A stretch of 35,692 bases of DNA from Gemmatimonadota bacterium (GTDB lineage Bacteria; Gemmatimonadota; Gemmatimonadetes; Gemmatimonadales; GWC2-71-9), in contig JAZDCZ010000292.1 in NCBI GenBank assembly GCA_036679605.1, forward strand, positions 1 to 35,692. The letters run 5' to 3'. Positions within the stretch are counted from its first letter, which is position 1; each line of letters starts with the position of its first letter. Shown here piece after piece: positions 33,050 through 35,692 of the stretch. Position numbers and translations under genes: made by a program. The notes beneath the pieces were generated by a model. It searched no databases. It saw nothing but the letters and a program-made list of their open reading frames with translations, and was not told the DNA's origin.

Positions 33050-34294
33050 TCAAGGGGGAGGCGTAAATCTCACGCCACCAGTTTCCGGATCGCTCCAGAT
33101 TCTGCCGCCAGGTTGCTCGTTGGGACGGTAATTGAGATTCGGGGGAATGTGCTTGCCTTGGGCAAGATCGGTAATGGCGCTTCTGAGATTCTTTTGCAGT
33201 TCGAGCGACTTTTTCTTGTAGCTGTTTTTCTCAAGAGTCACGGTGACTTGCGTGCAGCGATACTCATTGATTTGGAAAACACCATCGACAACCCAAGTGC
33301 TTCCTTCGTCTCTGACTTGCGGGTCCAAGTAACCGCTATGCCACGGGTCCAATTCGAGATCTGTGCCGGCCCAAGTGGTTGAGAATAATTCGGCTGCGTG
33401 TCTCTCGGCATGAACAATGACGGCTTCACTTGGGGCGCTAGTGACGGAGCTAATCCCGGGAATCGAAACGATTGCCAGGAAAGTGAAAACCAAAATACTG
33501 GTGCCGTTAATCAGCAGTCCAAGCTTCGTTAGGGTTTGTTTGCGATCTGGTTGGGTAAATCCGACCAGGGCAGCGATCAACCCGGCCAGATTAAGAGGGA
33601 CACAAACAAACCAAGCCAGCGCCAAGCTCTCCGCAGCATCCTCTAAGTCCATGGGAAGACTTTTAAGGCCATGTATTTGTGCCAACAAAGCAAAGAAGCC
33701 GATGGCCACCGTCAATGCTCCTAGGAAAAACGAAAATGCCCCCCATCCGGAAGGTTGTAGGGACGCTTTGGAGGGATCAGTCTGCAGAAGGTTTCTGATC
33801 GTAGAGATAAGCGTCTTGATCAGCGGCGGCATTGGAGGCGACACGCTCCTCAGCGGCGCTAATCCGAAGGCGAACCCAATCACTCCAAACAGCGAGCCAA
33901 ATAGCACCATGTGTCCGCGGGCGAGCATGTCCCGAGCTGGGCTGTATGGCTCACCCATCGTCGCTAACCCACCATAGAACGGGAAGTGATGTCCGGCGAA
34001 GTAGCCAAGTACCACGCCGACAGCGACTCCTGCCACAGTTGCAGAGGCGACCAATCCGTAGTTGGTGGATCGATTCACCTGTCGATCGCGAGTGGTCGAC
34101 GCGAGAATTGTCGATGGCGGATCCGGAGGAGGCGTGAATGGCGGGGGAATGGGCGGGGGCTGAGGCTCAGAAGGCGATTCGGCCCGTACCGTAAACTGCT
34201 CGCTGCACTTCCCACATTTGACCGTCTTCCCCAGGTAGTGTTCCGGGGCGTCTATCTTCGCTTTGCAGCTTGGGCATTCGACTCGGATTGACAT
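33050..34294 (-). CDS. Zinc-ribbon, Pro-rich, multi-pass membrane protein (414 aa)
   Basis: CPSC...GKTVKCGKC zinc ribbon, poly-Pro linker and about five hydrophobic segments; an architecture common in Planctomycetes. Confidence 0.8.
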   Translation of the reverse strand: MSIRVECPSCKAKIDAPEHYLGKTVKCGKCSEQFTVRAESPSEPQPPPIPPPFTPPPDPPSTILASTTRDRQVNRSTNYGLVASATVAGVAVGVVLGYFAGHHFPFYGGLATMGEPYSPARDMLARGHMVLFGSLFGVIGFAFGLAPLRSVSPPMPPLIKTLISTIRNLLQTDPSKASLQPSGWGAFSFFLGALTVAIGFFALLAQIHGLKSLPMDLEDAAESLALAWFVCVPLNLAGLIAALVGFTQPDRKQTLTKLGLLINGTSILVFTFLAIVSIPGISSVTSAPSEAVIVHAERHAAELFSTTWAGTDLELDPWHSGYLDPQVRDEGSTWVVDGVFQINEYRCTQVTVTLEKNSYKKKSLELQKNLRSAITDLAQGKHIPPNLNYRPNEQPGGRIWSDPETGGVRFTPPP

Positions 34295-34428
34295 TTGGAG
34301 TTCTATTCAAGGCCATATTGCGATTTCGAAACGAGCTTGTCGTCGACGTAAGTGGCGAAAATGGCGGCTGGGATGCCTGATGGCCATCAGGGGCGGCACC
34401 GGGCTGAATGGCGGCGGTGTTGGAGTCG

Positions 34429-35304
34429 TCATCGCAGCCTCTGGGGCCACCAAGCGGCCAGCAACAGTAGCACGATGGTCGAAGGTTCTGGGATTGAGCT
34501 GGATGATTGCGCGGGCGCCGTGCCGTAGGCGTTTTCCCAGGTTGTCAGGTCTGCCGAACTCCATGGGTCCGGCGACTCGCCGCGCTGCCACGCTAATAAG
34601 TCCATGCCGTCGATGGTGGCGTTCCCATCGAAGTCGCCCGTCGACGATACGAGTTGCAGATCGACCGAGAGGGGTCGATAGAGTTGGAAATCGCTGATGT
34701 GGAGGAACGGTTCGACACCGATCCAACCGGAGTTTTTGTCGGCGTGCCACCTCCAGCCGCCGGTAGCCGTCGCATTATCGGAAGGGTTCCAATCTAACTG
34801 ATTCGGCCAGTCGTCAAACTCTATCCTCCAATACTTATTCCAATAGCTGGCGTTGAATGGCAAGGTGCCAGAGAACTCTTGCGTGTAGCCGAGGCCAAAG
34901 TACGTGCCTGAAACTGACAGCGAACTGGGAGGGATCGACAAGGGCTCGACTGCCCAGAGGGTTGTCGTGGTCGGGTTGATGTCCAACGTCTGCGGAGGCA
35001 GAGAGGCCGAGACCTCGATGTCGAACGAGACAAAGGAGTTAATCTCCACGTGGCCCGACCACTCGACGGTGACGCTATGAAGCTCCAGTGATTGGCCGTC
35101 TGTGGAGACATCGACGGTCCAGGTTGGTTCGTAGAGCGCCTTATTGATCGTCCCCGAATACTCCCCGTCGATAGTCAGGGTGCCGTCGTATGGGACGCTG
35201 TAGCCCGGTCCTCCCGTTCCGCCGCCGCTGAACCGCAGCATTTCGGCCCGGGCTGAACTGGCTGCTAGTGCCAGCACAATCGCGATCGCTAGTCTGGTTT
35301 TCAT
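34429..35304 (-). CDS. Secreted PEP-CTERM sorting-domain protein with a dockerin-like/EF-hand segment (291 aa)
   Basis: Signal peptide MKTRLAIAIVLALAASSARA; GDFDGNATIDGMDLLAWQRG...DLTTWENAYG; C-terminal IPEPSTIVLLLLAAWWPQRLR. Confidence 0.88.
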   Translation of the reverse strand: MKTRLAIAIVLALAASSARAEMLRFSGGGTGGPGYSVPYDGTLTIDGEYSGTINKALYEPTWTVDVSTDGQSLELHSVTVEWSGHVEINSFVSFDIEVSASLPPQTLDINPTTTTLWAVEPLSIPPSSLSVSGTYFGLGYTQEFSGTLPFNASYWNKYWRIEFDDWPNQLDWNPSDNATATGGWRWHADKNSGWIGVEPFLHISDFQLYRPLSVDLQLVSSTGDFDGNATIDGMDLLAWQRGESPDPWSSADLTTWENAYGTAPAQSSSSIPEPSTIVLLLLAAWWPQRLR

Positions 35305-35367
35305 TGCTTGGTTCTCCAGGTCAAGTGAAGAGTGAAACGACCGCTGGAATCGCCATATCTCCCTTAC

Positions 35368-35586
35368 TCAAGGCTGGCCGAGGGCTCGCTTACACGAGTG
35401 AATAAATCGATCCACATCTCGTAGGCCGTTTGTCACCATAGGCCGGCCCATGGCCCGGATCTCATCCAAATCACGCCGCTTCATCAACTGCTTTAAGAGC
35501 GTTACCGCCCTGAGTCGAAGGCGAATCTCCTCCTCGACTTCACTAAGCGTACCCACAGTGACGGTTTTCTTTCCCTTTCCCGCCAT
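35368..35586 (-). CDS. Small basic hypothetical protein (72 aa)
   Basis: Helical, protein-like ORF MAGKGKK...ALGQP upstream of the PEP-CTERM gene. Confidence 0.55.
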   Translation of the reverse strand: MAGKGKKTVTVGTLSEVEEEIRLRLRAVTLLKQLMKRRDLDEIRAMGRPMVTNGLRDVDRFIHSCKRALGQP

Positions 35587-35692
35587 GAATCGCACCCAAA
35601 AGAAGAAAACTCAAAAGATTTTGAAGATTATCAAATCATAACGCTTCAGTTTTTAGACGCAACTCCTTGCGTGGAAACAACTTAAGCATGGT

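Larger units (their letters stand above)
1..35692. mobile_element. Temperate tailed phage genome segment with a Mu-like head module and tyrosine-integrase integration; probable Planctomycete host
   Basis: Colinear portal, protease/scaffold, cement, capsid, connector, tube, chaperone and tape-measure genes; XRE regulator; tyrosine integrase next to a tRNA 3' fragment. No host housekeeping genes in the window. Confidence 0.93.

Noticed and set aside
1..35692. CRISPR array or IS element
   Set aside because: No regularly spaced repeat-spacer units and no transposase ORF were found by eye.

Overview
The whole window looks like part of a temperate tailed-phage genome with a Planctomycete host, probably Pirellulales. 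The host inference rests on a 'PNQLRH'-type tyrosine integrase, a dockerin-like/PEP-CTERM protein and a zinc-ribbon membrane protein. The + strand from 178 to 23079 is a virion operon: KTSC-domain protein, Mu gp29-like portal fused to an inorganic-pyrophosphatase-like domain, Mu gpI-like protease/scaffold, capsid cement, major capsid, gp36-like connector, tail tube, frameshifting tail chaperone, short tape measure, duplicated fibre-like genes, and an AT-rich tail-tip cassette. The - strand from 30251 to about 23190 carries polyvalent-protein-associated genes (DUF3560, LPD29-like) and a 1267-aa ParB-like/ParB-like/zeta-toxin polyprotein. A divergent switch region with an XRE regulator follows, then the integrase, an apparently intact attP carrying the 3' half of tRNA-Ala(TGC), and cell-surface cargo genes. 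The most striking signal is a shared peptide grammar. Tyr-centred sites recur through the scaffold, and five copies of a Y...H-x-R-x-x-x-G-x-F tag open each module of the polyprotein and the portal tail. This suggests protease-processed effector cargo that is packaged in the head and injected (inference). No terminase, lysis or tail sheath genes were recognised. All family assignments are by-eye motif recognition, not database searches.
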